Source: Octopus sinensis | Lineage: Eukaryota | Direction: 5' to 3' | Assembly: GCF_006345805.1 (NCBI RefSeq) | Contig: NC_043004.1 | Span: 93,372,001-93,436,000, forward strand | Length of the DNA stretch: 64,000 nt | Shown: positions 37,605 to 51,464 of the stretch, piece after piece | Layout of the letters: every line of letters begins with the position of its first letter | How positions within the stretch are numbered: position 1 is the stretch's first letter | Made by a program: the position numbers and the translations under genes | The notes under the pieces: model-generated | Seen by the model: only the letters and a program-made list of their open reading frames with translations | The model's database searches: none | What the model was told of the DNA's origin: nothing

Positions 37605-38422
37605 GTGTTGTGTATATATATATATATATATACATAGATACACATGTGTATGTCATATCTGTGTTTGTGTGGGCGCCCGCGTATATACAGTATATACAGT
37701 GTATATATAAGCGTGTGTGTGTGTGTGTGTTGTGTTTGTGGGCATGTGTGTGTGTGCATGTGTGTGTGTGCGTGTGTGTGTGGTGTGTGTGTGTGTGTGT
37801 GTGTGTGTACGTGTGTGTGTGTGTACGTGTGTGTTAGTCAAAGCCACTTATTGCTACAGGTGCCCTTATCCGACCGGAAAAATAAGGGAATTTTTTTTTT
37901 CTGAAATCGAAATACCGGATGCCTTCCGGTTACGTCGTCATTTGCAGGTGTCTGAGGTAGTTTCTGGCACGAATGAAATCAAAATTGTTCTTCTCCCCTA
38001 TATGCCCCGTCCCATCCACCCACGCCGACCACATCATCAACTTGTCACATCATCAAAGAACCCCATTTTTACCCCGAATGTTCTCTGTTGTTATTCTGGG
38101 TGTTGCTGCTGTTGCTGATATAGCGGGTGGTAATTGAGACGGTGGTGGTGGTGGTGGTTGAGACGATGGTGGTGTTTATGTTGATTTGTTAATTAGTCAA
38201 TCAATCGATTAATTAATCAATTTATTAATTAATTGCTTTTGACTGGCGTGGCTGGGGTAAAAAATTTGCTTCCTAGTCGTGTGGTTCCGGGTTTAGTCCC
38301 ACAGCGTGGCATCTTGGTCAAAGTGTTTTCTACTATAGCTCCCGAGTCGACCAAAGCATGGATAGTGAGTTCGATTCCCGAATTGGGTTGTGTGTTGTGT
38401 TCTTAAAGACACTTTATTTCGC

Positions 38423-38942
38423 GGTGGCTCTCATGGCTTCTGATCTTAACTGATTGGAGGTGTTATTATGTACACATTGTTTTGTCTTGGTATAAAAGAT
38501 GGGCTACAGCAAATATTCTGCTCAATACCACAGATTTGCTTGTCAGTTGTTTGACCTTAACCAGTAGAGCATGTCCCTTAGTGGCTGACGATATGTGCAT
38601 ACCTGATCACGAGCAGAAGTAGTGGAGGAGCATCATAGTCGTGTGTTGAGAGGGATTCTTTGGGGTTTGAATAATTCACCTCTGGAAACATGGGTGTTTT
38701 GTTCTATATCCTTAAACAACCCTTATTCAGGGACCTTTTGAGCGGGATGGGTTACTCGACCAGAAGAAAATTCTAGCTGGGCCCCACCTGCAAAGTCATA
38801 TGCTGTTTATCTTGTCGCGCACATATGGTTGTGATGCATGTGCCTAGTGTACCCTTATCAGACGGGTAGTCATGATGGGTATACTGGGCTTCGTATATTT
38901 TACTTCAGTGTCACTTTGATGGCACGCACTGCTCTCTCACTC

Positions 38943-38943
<1 letters not shown>
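38423..38943 (+). mobile_element. (TAA)n-tailed non-coding retroelement segment, probably a Dong-like 3' UTR or a dependent element
   Basis: Same family as 3530-4600 and 49276-49500; followed by (AAT)n. Confidence 0.78.
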
Positions 38944-39004
<61 letters not shown>

Positions 39005-39029
39005 TGATGATGATGAAGGGTGACCTAAA

Positions 39030-39525
39030 AAAGAATACTGAAAGCCTAATCATCGCTGTCCAGGACGAGGCATTGAATACCAACTCAACGAACCTCTACA
39101 GAATGTGTTTGAAGAGGGTCGAAAGCATGACTCACATTGTTAGTGCAGAAAGAGTACAAGACACGACAAGGTAGCCCAAAAACTACACTGGCTACTTAGC
39201 GGGAAGTATGGATATGAGGTTACAGGTGCTCGGTAGCAACATACACCGGAAAAGGTAATGGACGAAAAGGGGAAGGCAAAAATTCTCTGGAGCTTTGATT
39301 TCCAGACACACAAGGTGTTAGAGCACCGAAGGCCGGATATAGTAACCTTTAGGAGGGACAAACAAGAGTGCCTAATAATTGACGTGGCAGTGCCAGGAGA
39401 TCATAATATCATCATGAAAGACAGTGAAAAGATTGATAAATATGGAGACCTGAGAATTGAGATCGTTAAGATGTGGCAGCTACGAGAGTCAAAGTTTGTC
39501 ATCGGAGCTTTGGAAAGTCAGGCCT
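39030..39525 (+). pseudogene. RLE-domain fragment of another R4-like family
   Basis: TESLIIAVQDEAL; ILWSFDFQTHKVLEHRRPDIV..LIIDVAVPGD..EKIDKYGDL. Confidence 0.85.
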
Positions 39526-39919
39526 AATACCGTAACTTTGACCAACAATATCTCAAAAGATGACACCAAGAACATTTTCGAACTTCTCCTCAGACTTAAC
39601 TTTTATCATTTCTTGTGTATTGTGTTCATGTGTGTGTGTGTGTGTTTGTTTGTATGTGTGTTTATGCGTGCGTATACTCACATAATATAAACTTCCACAC
39701 ACATGAATATGAGTGAGCGTATGTGTGTGTGCGTGTGCGCGTGCGTACGTATAAACACATATATAAATATTTATACACACATGTGAGTGTGTGTGTGTGT
39801 GTGCTAACGCTAATGAGCTTGTGTAAATTTGAAAAATGTGTCGATAAATGTTAATTAGAAATGTGAAGATGTTTTAATAGCAAGATGGTCGATAAATTAG
39901 TTTCAAGCCAGTGTGCGTG

Positions 39920-39967
<48 letters not shown>

Positions 39968-40013
39968 TTACATATGCAATATTATATACATACTATATAT
40001 GCATATATATATA

Positions 40014-40067
<54 letters not shown>

Positions 40068-40784
40068 TAATCTTTATGTATAACATTCATACACACAAAC
40101 ATGCAGGAGTCAGAGAAATGTATCTGGGCCTGGTTATCAAATATCAGATCCGTGTTCGACGGGAAATATCACGTTTACAACCAAGAAGGATAAAATCATA
40201 TATCAAACATGCAAATGAACAAGTACCATAGGATAGTGTGCTTAATTTAAAGAACCAATCCGGATACACATAATTCGTGGCTATATTTAAATCTAAGATG
40301 GAGAAGGTCTCATATGTAACGTGTAAACATGGTGGATGGTCGATTCAAAAGCGTGTCAGACAAAACAATCTCTTCTCTCACTGAGTTCAAATCGCACTGG
40401 CGTCGACTTTGCATTCAACGTTCAACGGTTTAAATTATGGAATGCCTATGTACCTGCACCTACAAAATTAGTGGCTTTGTGTTTATGTTACAAATGGAGG
40501 TAAACTTAGATTTTACATATGCATAATGAACAGATAATTATACTGTCATTCAATTTCGGATATCAACAGAGTAATTAAATTGACATTGATTAAACAGTTA
40601 TTAACAGAGTAATCGTACTCCTTCCTACTATAGACACAAAGCCTGATATTTTTCGGGAAGGGACTAGTCGATTACATTGACCCCAGAATTTGAACTCAGA
40701 ACGTAAAGACGGACGAACTGCCGCTAAGCATTTTGCGACGCACTAACGATTCTGCTTGTATCATTATTATTATTCGCCGGCAAC

Positions 40785-41067
40785 CGTGGAGAATGGCGAC
40801 GTACAGTAAAAGAGGGAATACAAAAGAGTGACAGAGAGAGAGAGGAGAAATGGAAAGAAAGGAAGAGACGTAAACAAGAGACTATGGCACTACAACCAGC
40901 CTGGAACAGTCTTCGCTACATTTGCGGTACCTGCCAGAGGGGTGTTTGTCCAGGATAGGACTACACAGCCACAGCAGGAAATGTATCAGGACATGAAATA
41001 TAAAAGCCGGACTAGACTACTTCATGCGCAACTCCATTGTCTCCCGAGACAGAAAGGATGCCAATAC
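40785..41067 (+). mobile_element. 3' end of RTE/BovB-like LINE
   Basis: WRRTVKEG...ICGTCQRGCLSRIGLHSH.RKC (one frameshift); tail CCATTGTCTCCCGAGACAGAAAGGATGCC then (ATT)n. Confidence 0.82.
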
Positions 41068-41069
41068 AA

Positions 41070-41702
<633 letters not shown>

Positions 41703-41834
41703 GCCACTCCTGCAAACTTATATAAATGATCTCAGATTTACTTGAAACTGAGAGTATATTTAGTAGGTTCACAGAAACATTTAAAGATGCAAATCTAATT
41801 TTATATGCCTTTATACATGATAAGGGTGCCTCAT

Positions 41835-42228
41835 TTGGGCACAAGGGACGATGCTTGACGTCAGTATTAGATGCGTATTTTATTTTATTGACCCGGAAGA
41901 ATGAAAACAAAATTGACCTCCGAGGTATTTGAACTCAGAACTTAAACAGCAGATAAAAATACCGCGAAACATTTAGTCTGATGTTGTAACGATCCTTCCA
42001 GAATAATGAGTTCAAATTTTGGCACAAGGTTGGCAATTTCGGATGAGGGGATAAGTCAATTACATCGACCGAAGTACTTAACTGGTACACGTTTTGTCGA
42101 CTCCGAAAGGATGAAAGGCAAAATCAACCTCGGCGGAATTTGAATTCAGAACGTAAAGACAGGCGAAATACCGCTAAACATTTTGCCCAGCATATTAACG
42201 ATTCTGCCAGCTCACCGCCTTATCCTTC
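41835..42228 (-). mobile_element. Two SINE family D copies (41835-41990 degenerate, 42005-42228)
   Basis: Head TAAGGCGGTGAGCTGGCAGAATCG...GAATTCAAATTCC on the minus strand. Confidence 0.78.
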
Positions 42229-42429
42229 CAGAATAATAACATCAAAATAAAGTATAAAAAGTAAAGTCAGTCGCCACATCAAAGTGGTTGATAACAAGTT
42301 GTGTTTTTATGCTATTTTATTTTTTAAAGCAACAATTCATCAACCTTCTGTGTACTGAAGCAACTTTGTCGACACATCCGTGAAGGAAATTAGCCCAGTA
42401 CTACAGTTTAGGGTATCGTTTTGCAAATA

Positions 42430-42625
42430 TTTTTGTCGCGGCTCATTTTATTCATCTTGCGACCCACAGAAGGGTCGGGACCCACAGTTTGAAAATCGCT
42501 GGTTTATATTCTGCGCTTTGCACCCACTTGCTTTTTTTTTTTCTTTCCTTCTTTTTTGATGCGACCCATTTTATTTATCTAACGACCTACTGAAGGGTCG
42601 GGACCCATAGTTTGAAAAACACTGG
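42430..42625. mobile_element. Two hAT/Charlie-like right-end fragments
   Basis: GGGTCGGGACCCA(C/T)AGTTTGAAAA..CTG occurs twice. Confidence 0.55.
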
Positions 42626-43019
42626 TTAAGAGGAACTATTTTTATTTCTGTTCCCTCTCTGAAGAAATGCCGAGAAGGCAGATTACATTTAACTATAAAA
42701 GAGCCACAAAATTTTAGTTTATTACTAAAAGCAGAAACAATAACTTTCACGACTTTTGTCCACTATACGAGTACCTTTGTGATGTGAGAATTGCCTGACA
42801 GGGAAAAGCGCGTTGAACGGTAAGCTACCACAGGCAAGCATAAAGGTGACATTCGCATTACTGGTAGGTCATCGTTTTTCTTGAGGCTTTCTTTCCTGAT
42901 CGATCAACTCAGTAAGAAAAAAATTTGGCCCACATAATTCTGCAAAGTATATCATACTGTGATGCAGCAGTATCAAACATGTGACTGGAGAATAAAAGCT
43001 GACAAAGAAATATACATTA

Positions 43020-43411
43020 CTAGCAGTATCGCCCGGCGTTGCTCGGGTTTGTAAGGGAAATAACTATAAAGCATTTTTAGAGAGTTATAGCCAAAAAATA
43101 CGAAAAAAAATGCATTAAAAATGGAAAATATGATGGTAAATTTTTTTTTAATCGTTGACTCATCGTAGACATTTTTAGAGAGTTACTTCCCTTATATTAA
43201 AAAATATGCATTAAAATGGAAAAAAATGATGGTAAATTATTTTTTAAAATCGTAGACTCATCGTAGACGCGCGCTAATACCCAGAAGGGCTCGATATGAA
43301 TCACGACTATAAGATACCCGGTTTTGGTTAAACTGCACCGCAAAATGTGGGAGTAGTTAGGAATCTAAATCGGAGTAGACAGACACACAACCTTACTTTT
43401 ATATATAAAGA
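43020..43411 (-). mobile_element. Non-autonomous Helitron
   Basis: A|TCTTTATATATAAAAG ... CCCGAGCAACGCCGGG hairpin ... CTAG|T; internal ~100-bp direct duplication. Confidence 0.82.
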
Positions 43412-43746
43412 TTATCGTTGGTGCAACCTGTGACACGTGGCAAAATTAAAGCAATAGCTCTATTATGTAAAAAGTCTGCCGCTGCATTCTGCACAAAAGC
43501 AGGCGGAGTCTATCAAAGAGCATGGTTTGTATGTTTCAGTAACAACTGGCGCTTCAAACAAAGGCACAATTAAGGTTTTCCCAATATTGTTTGACATATT
43601 GATATTGTAAAAATAAAACAGAGTGCAACATGTGTTGCGGTGATAAAAATGAATCATCAGAGAACATAGCAAATCAGTCACTGAACTACAGGCTTCAAGT
43701 CTAGAGTTGAATAATGTGCCCGTATACTGCAGGCTATTCGTACGCT

Positions 43747-44095
43747 GTGAAGGCGCATGGCTCAGTAGTTAGAGCGTCGGGCTCACAATCATGAAGTAGT
43801 GAGTTCGATTCCCGGACTGGTCTGTGTGTTGTGTTCTTGAGCAAGAGACTTTATTTCACGTTGCTCCAGTTCACTCAGCTGTAGAAATGAGCTGCAACGT
43901 CACTGGTGCCAAGCTGTATTGGCTCCTTTGCCTTTTCCTTGGACAACATCGGTGACGTGCAGAAGGAAAACTGATATGCATGGGTGACTGCTAGTCTTCC
44001 GTAAACAACCTTACTCGGACTTGTGCCTCGGAGGGGAACTTCCTAGGTGCAATCTCATGGTCATTCATGACCGAAGAGGGCCTTTACCCTTTTAC
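43747..44095 (+). mobile_element. SINE family C
   Basis: TGGCTCAGTAG and GAGTTCGATTCC boxes; homologous to 36410-36752. Confidence 0.82.
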
Positions 44096-44354
44096 ACTTC
44101 ATTCGTAAACTATGTAAGAGCAACATTTATACCAAACAAATGCATCGCTACGTTATGGTTACAACTAAATATTTACCATGCCCACGTCTCGACTGCACTC
44201 ACAATCATACAACCGTAACCTTCCTACATCACTGCCGTCACTACCATAATTTTATAACCACAAACACACCACCATTATACAAATCACCATTTCGACAACT
44301 GAACCAGAAAAGTATAATCTAGAGAAAAAGTGTTACACATTGAACAGTGGATGG

Positions 44355-44742
44355 ATGGAAGAACTCCGTCGGTTACGACGACGAGGGTTCCGGTTGATCC
44401 GAATCAACGGAACAGCCTTCTCGTGAAATTAACGTGTAAGTGGCTGAGCACTCCACAGACACGTGTACCCTTAACGTAGTTCCCGGGGATATTCAGCGTG
44501 ACACAGAGAGTGACAAGGCCGGCCCTTTGAAATACAGATACAACGGAAACAGGAAGTAAGAGTGAGAGAAAGTTGTGGTGAAAGAGTACAGCAGGGATCA
44601 CCACCATCCCCTGCCGGAGCCTCGTGGAGCTTTTTAGGTGTTTTCGCTCAATAAACACTCACAACGCCCGGTCTGAGAATCGAAACCGCCATCCTACGAC
44701 CGCGAGTCCGCTGCCGTAACCACTGGGCCATTGCGCCTCCAC
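44355..44742 (-). mobile_element. SINE family B, tail variant 3
   Basis: Near-identical to 62322-62679. Confidence 0.87.
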
Positions 44743-45139
44743 ATTGAACAATATATCATCAGTAATAGGAAAACACGAAGCAATATTTCGTTGCCGTTAT
44801 TGTTTAGCCTCAAATCAATTCTTACTAAGCAAACTTCATAAGCAAAGTAGTTCCGGTTGCTATCATTTCACCATTTTGTATATCAAATACGACATTGTCA
44901 AATGTCGCCTCCTTTTTACTTTAATACGCCAGTTGTAATTTGAGAGACTTAAAACTACTGTTTTAAGCATGTTTCATGTTAGCATGATATTACACTCCTT
45001 TGATAAGTTTGAGAGCGTGATAACGCCTTAGCTATAAAGGTTTCCTTCTTATTGCAATCAGAACATATACACTTGCATGTAGAAACTGATATGTCAATCT
45101 ACAGCTGAGGAAATTCAATCCAAAATTCATGTTTGATAC

Positions 45140-45586
45140 CCTTACTCTTTTTCTTGTTTCAGTCATTTGACTGCGGCCATGCTGGAGCACCGCCTTTAGT
45201 CGACCAAATCGACCCCGGGACTTATTCTTTGTAAGCCTAGTACTTATTCTATCGTTCTCTTTTGCCGAACCGCTAGGTGACGGGACGTAAACACACCAGC
45301 ATCGGTTGTCAAGCAATGCTAGGGGAACAAACACAGACACACACAAACATATACACACACATACATATATATTATATATATATATATATATATATTATAA
45401 TATATATATATACATATATACGACAGGCTTCTTTCAGTTTCCGTCTAACCAAATCCACTCACAGGCATTGGTCGGCCCGGGCTATAGTAAAGACACTTGC
45501 CAAGATGCCACGCAGTGGGAGTGAACCCGGAACCATGTGGTTGGTTAGCAAGCTACTTACCACAAAACACCCCACTCCTGCGCCTG
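45140..45586 (-). mobile_element. SINE family A
   Basis: Reverse complement of family A. Confidence 0.85.
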
Positions 45587-45827
45587 ATATTCATTTCAAG
45601 CATTCGAAATATCGCTCTTTTTACTGTATTGCTCATATACATCATACAGAGTTACAGCTACAATTAATGAAAGTATATCACAAATAAACTAGCATCAATC
45701 TAGCGCATTCCGCTTTACACCTGTAGTTCATTGATCCGTGACTCACACACACATATAATGTTGTTAATGTATATGTATGTATAATGGATATACATAATAT
45801 ATATGTATACACAAACACACATATATA

Positions 45828-45990
45828 ATGGGTCAGCCCATAAATAACGTGGTTTTTTAATACTTCTTTTATTTTTCAAAATTAAAATAAATAAGGTTTT
45901 TAATCTAAAATATACTCTCCTTCATTTTCTACAATGCTCTTCCGTCTATCTGGTAGACTTGCAAGGCCCCACTTCCAAAATTCACTTGTC
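45828..45990 (-). mobile_element. 3' end fragment of the mariner family at 61146-62030
   Basis: Reverse complement aligns with 61870-62030 including the TIR. Confidence 0.75.
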
Positions 45991-46260
45991 CGCCGAGGTC
46001 GACTTTGCCTTTCATCCTTTCGGGGTCAATTAAATAAGTACCAGTTACGCACTACGGTCGATATAATCGACTTAATCCGTTTGTCTGTCTTTGTTTGTCC
46101 TCTCTGTGTTTAGCCCCTTGTGGATAGTAAAGAAATAGGTATTTCGTCTGTCTTTACGTTGTGTGTTCTGATTAATTAAGCACCAGTTGCGAACTGAGGT
46201 CGATCTAATCGACTTTCCCCCTCCCCCCAAAATTTCGGGCCTTGTGCCTAGAGAAGAAAA
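45991..46260 (+). mobile_element. SINE family D partial copies with two different tails
   Basis: CCGCCGAGGTCGACTTTGCCTTTCATCCTTTCGGGGTC motif. Confidence 0.7.
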
Positions 46261-47485
46261 GGATATATGTCGACTTTTGATCAAATTCGAAAAAAAAAAA
46301 ACTGTTTACTTGAGAAATGTTGATCATTTTGATAAACTAGCTTTTCTAAAATTTTTATTAACTTGTCTTTTGAAGAACTTTGATGAACTGTCCATTAGAT
46401 AAATTTTCATAGACTGACTTTTCAATATATTTCGATAAACTGACTTTTCGTTAAAATTTTCTATACACTTTAAAATTTTGTTAATTTGTACTTTCGGAAG
46501 TTTTCGATAAACTGTCCTTTCGATCAGTTTTATGCAAAATCCCGAAATTTCAATGATGAATTTTGATGTACAATCCAGCTGAAAACTTTTGATGTACTAT
46601 TCTTACTTTTAAAGGATTTATATGAATTTCTATGAACTACCATGGTATTTCAATAAACTAACGAAATTAAGAATTTTGACGAAAATTCAAAGAATTTCAA
46701 TATTCTTTTGTTTAGATCAATTGCGATAAAATTCCATGAACTTTCGATAATTCTATATAATGTTCGATTATTGGAAATTTTGATAATTTGCGATGATCTA
46801 TCCCTTCGATTGCCTTATTGATTGAGATGTCCTCTTGATAGTTTTCGAAGAATGTATTGTTATAAAGTTATTTATATAAATTTTAATCGATTACGATGAC
46901 CCGTCATTCGATGAATTACGATAAATTATTTCATTTCCATTAATTTCAACAATGTTATATCACAGTGGAGTATTGATATGTTAAATCTCTTTATAATAAT
47001 ATTCTTTTATTTTAAACAACAAAGGGCAATAACTTAATAATAACACAATCACACCACTCCTATATTAAACAACAACACAAACATTAATAATAGTAACAAC
47101 AAAAATAAATAATACAAACAAGGCAAAATGTATCAACAACTACAATAATCCAACTACTCGAATCTAACTTCGTGTGAGTTCGTTAAAAACCGGAAGCGAC
47201 AAAGGAGTATAAACACTTAAAGATGGAGACAAGTGGACTACGTTGCAGTGAATAACAATCAGGTTCCGCTTCGAATGAAAAAAATTACAGCCATGGAAAA
47301 AACCACGGATTTTTTTTTCCCCAACTACGTGGATTCGGGTTCAGTTGCACTGCGCGTCACCTTCGGCAAGTACCTTCTACTATAGCTCCGGGTCGATTAA
47401 ATTCCTTGTGAGTGAATTTAATTGATGAAAACTATGCGTAAGGTTACCGTATGTGTATATACATGTACGCATAGATTGATTGATT

Positions 47486-47544
<59 letters not shown>

Positions 47545-47708
47545 GATAGATAGATAGATAGATTGGCAGACAGACAGACATACCTATACATATGCGTGCA
47601 TATGTGTGTATATATGAAAGTATGTGTATAAATATGCATGTGTGCGTGAATGTATTCATGCACGCAAATGTATGTAAGCACATATAAATGTGTGTGTGTG
47701 TGTGTGTG

Positions 47709-47755
<47 letters not shown>

Positions 47756-48094
47756 AGTGCGTATGTGCGTCTTTGCGCTTGTGATCGTTCCCCACATTGT
47801 TTCATTGGTGTTCGTTTACGACCCGCAACTTAGTGGTTCGGCAAAGAAAACTAAAGGAATTTTTTTTTATTATATGATAAAACGATGAAATACGTATCAG
47901 ACTTGAAGGAAGCACTATTGTTGATTTCTACGACTAAGCAATGCGGGCGTTGCTTCATCATGTCCACAACAAAAGACTGTAGCAAAATAAAAGAACAGAA
48001 ACGAGTAAAAGAATACATTGAAATATTGAGAATTTTTCTATTCATTTTAGTGAGCGGGAAACTTACTATTGATTTGCCTTGAGTGTACAATCAT

Positions 48095-48362
48095 CTGACC
48101 GGCAGGGGATGGTGGTGATCCCTGTTGTACTCTTTCACCACAACTTTCTCTCACTCTTACTTCCTGTTTCTGTTGTACCTGTATTTCAAGGGGCCGGCCT
48201 TGTCACTCTCTGTGTCACGCTGAATATCCCCGAGAACTACGTTAAGGGTGCACGTGTCTGTGGAGTGCTCAGCCACTTACACGTTAATTTCACGAGCAGG
48301 CTGTTCCGTTGATTTGGATCAACCGGAACCCTCATCGTTGTAACCGACGGAGTGCTTCCATC
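48095..48362 (+). mobile_element. SINE family B 3' part, tail variant 3
   Basis: Reverse complement of 44355-44620. Confidence 0.82.
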
Positions 48363-48364
48363 CA

Positions 48365-48555
48365 CAATCATCTGAAAGGTCTCGCATTGACTCCTTCCTC
48401 CTTGGTCTTGGGGCTGTAGCCTCCGCAAGTTGAAGAGTCTGCCATTAACCCTGAATCTGATCTTGATGCTGGTTTCGTTGTCATTGCAGACAGCGTGACT
48501 GAGAACATCATGCAGAATCAGCGTAGGTGCGAGTACAACAGCCCTGCCTTGATGA
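48365..48555 (-). pseudogene. RTE/BovB-like reverse transcriptase fragment
   Basis: With frameshifts: QGCVLAPTL..MMFS...IKIRFRVNGRLFNLRRLQ..RD..DDC. Confidence 0.7.
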
Positions 48556-48579
48556 TTAAAAAGAAATAAGCTAATAGTA

Positions 48580-48793
48580 ATGGTTTCAAATTTTACTACA
48601 AGGGCAGCAATTTTGGGGGAGGGGACAAATCGAATACATCGACTCCAGTACGTAATTGGTATTTAATTTATTGACCCCGAAAGGATGAAAGGCGAAGTCG
48701 ACCTCGGCGGAATTTGAACTCAGAATGTAGCGTCAGACGAATTACCGCTAAACATTTCGCCCGGCGTGCTAACGATTCTGCCAGCTCACTGCC

Positions 48794-48872
<79 letters not shown>

Positions 48873-48897
48873 GAGGAGTAGTAGTAGTAGTAGTTGC

Positions 48898-48928
<31 letters not shown>

Positions 48929-49145
48929 ACGATTTCAAATTTTGCACAAGGCCAGCAATTTTGGGGGAGGGAATAAGTCAGTTACATTGACCCCAGTGTA
49001 CAACTGGTACTTATTTTATCAACCCGGTAAGGATGAAAGGCAGAGTTCACCTCGGCGGAATTTGAAGTCAGAATGTGCAGATGGACAAAATGCCGCTAAG
49101 CAATATGTCCGGCGTGCTAACGACTCTGCCAGCTCGACGCCTTAA
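48580..49145 (-). mobile_element. Two SINE family D copies (48580-48795, 48925-49145) separated by (TAA)(TAG)n
   Basis: Family D motif and tRNA-like head in each. Confidence 0.82.
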
Positions 49146-49237
49146 TGATAATAATTTTCTCTACTATAGGGACAAGGCCTGGAACTTAGGAAAAGGGGGT
49201 TAGTCGATTACATCCTTAATAATAAAATAATATAATA

Positions 49238-49275
<38 letters not shown>

Positions 49276-49280
<5 letters not shown>

Positions 49281-49500
49281 TATAATAATTATAAGTCCTG
49301 ATGCAGTACCAGGCAGAGGCTCTCATGGCCTTTAATCTTAACTGATTGGAACTGTTATCACGTACATTGTTTTGTCTTGGTATAAAAGATGTGCTACAGC
49401 AAATATTCTGCTCAATACCATAGATTTGCTTGCTATTTGTTTGACCTTAACCAGTTGAGCATGTCCCTTAGTGGCTGACGATATATGCATCTCTGATCAA
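49276..49500 (+). mobile_element. 5' part of the (TAA)n-associated element
   Basis: Aligns with 38425-38615 and extends ~40 nt further 5'. Confidence 0.72.
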
Positions 49501-49822
49501 CAATAGTAATGATGATCTTTTCTTTATTCACTACCGAGGGTTTATATAAAAGTTTGGGGACGGCACAAGACAAAACAACACAAAAGAAGTGGGATTTAAT
49601 CGTGTAAAAGGGTAATAACTATAAAAATTATAACAGATAAACCCCCCAAGAGAGAGTTCCAAGAGCTGCTTGTGGAAACCCCACAAAAATCACGAGCATC
49701 CTGACCACTAAATTTAAATAATAGGGTGAAAAGTTGAATATGAATTTGATTAATATCAATTTATACCCAGTGGCCTAGCATATTGAAAAATCTGAAGATT
49801 CAGAAAAATTATATCACATACA

Positions 49823-50000
49823 TATAAGAGGGATGGCCACTGAGTGGCCATCCGTTATACTAGAGGTAGACCCCATATTGTCTGACCACTAAGAAAAGAT
49901 TGTTCTCATTTTCTTGAGAACAATCTTTTCCTAGTGGTCAGACCATATGGGGTCTACCTGTAGCATAATGGATGGCCACTTAGTGGCCATCTCTCTTATA
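49823..50000. repeat. Foldback with 86-bp arms and 6-nt loop
   Basis: 49823-49908 versus 49915-50000, 7 differences. Confidence 0.9.
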
Positions 50001-50206
50001 CGTATGATGAGGCACAAGTATTATATATTAGAAGAAATAAGGTGCTCAGAAATGTGAATGATGTTATATTTACAGCTATTTATTAATATGTGACATATTT
50101 TATAAATCATATATTAGCGCTTGCATCCACTCTAGTGGAGTCTTCAGATTGAATTTTTTCAGGAGATTTGTCTCTTTTTATAGTATTATTAGGTGTGTAG
50201 GGGTGG

Positions 50207-50242
50207 AGAGAGATATAAGATAGTACTATCTTATATCTCTCT
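50207..50242. repeat. Perfect 36-bp palindrome with no spacer
   Basis: AGAGAGATATAAGATAGT|ACTATCTTATATCTCTCT. Confidence 0.92.
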
Positions 50243-50887
50243 TCATGTCAGAGTATACCTGAGAAGAATAGTAACTAAGGGGTGGTTTCGCCCTATCCAA
50301 AATCCTGGAACTCTCGACCAGGGTCCCCACTACTTGAAGTCATAACCAGGACATATCATTTTCTTAATTATTATTTTTTTCTATTTTCTCACAAAACTAT
50401 GAAAGTGGTGTATTTTCCAAAGCTGAGAAACTATATTAATTGTGAATATAATTTTGGCACTTATAATATTAAAAAGAAACAACATGTTATAATCAGTTAT
50501 AATCTTAATCATTATACTATACAATCTTTAAATATCAATGCTGTTGACGCATAATAAACTCCTCGACAATTCACTTATATACTTTGCTTGTATCCTGGTC
50601 TCTAAAAATCAAATACGTTTAACATAGCATATACTGTTTATTTCAATGCATACACTGAAACTCATATGAGTGTGAATATGTATTTGCGTATAAGTATGTA
50701 TGTGTGTGTGTGTACGTGTGTGTATGCGTGTGTGTATGTGTGTGTGAGTGCGTGTACGTGCGTGTGTTCTTTTGGATGAGCAGAGAAACAATAGAGGACT
50801 TGAATTTATTTTGTAGAGTCCTGTTAAAAAGTTAAAGATTCACTCTTTTCCCCCTAGTCGGAGTTTCTGGATATAAGTCATGTTCCA

Positions 50888-50947
<60 letters not shown>

Positions 50948-51030
50948 TTATTATATATACAATATATACATATATGTGTATATATATATATTATAATAAT
51001 TTATATATATATATACATATATTGTATATG

Positions 51031-51063
<33 letters not shown>

Positions 51064-51464
51064 GTATTATATTATGTATGTACATAACATATATTATAAA
51101 TTTACACACACACACACACCCACACACATATATTTGTTAGGTATGACAGAAGTAGTATTAGTTTGAAATAGCAATCTGTATATCATGCTTAGATGCACCG
51201 AAGGCTTAATTAATTGCAACAGTATCTTTTATGCTAAAAACCAATGCTAAAATGCAGAAAAGTCAGCAAGAGAGGAAAATGGTCCAGTAATGTGGTAGTA
51301 TTGTTAAACGCGCATTTCTGCCTCCATGAGGTTCGTCACTAGCAAGTATACCCTGGCAACCACATGCTAAGACAAAATCCGCCGTCTCTGATATAGTAAA
51401 ATAGTGGAGAAAGCTATATCTGATGAGACACATAACATTTTAGGTTGGCAAAGATACTCTCTCT

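Noticed and set aside
49278-49296. Resemblance of CCTGATGCAGTACCAGG to U2 snRNA stem-loop IV
   Set aside because: Too short, needs gaps, and there is no other U2 similarity.
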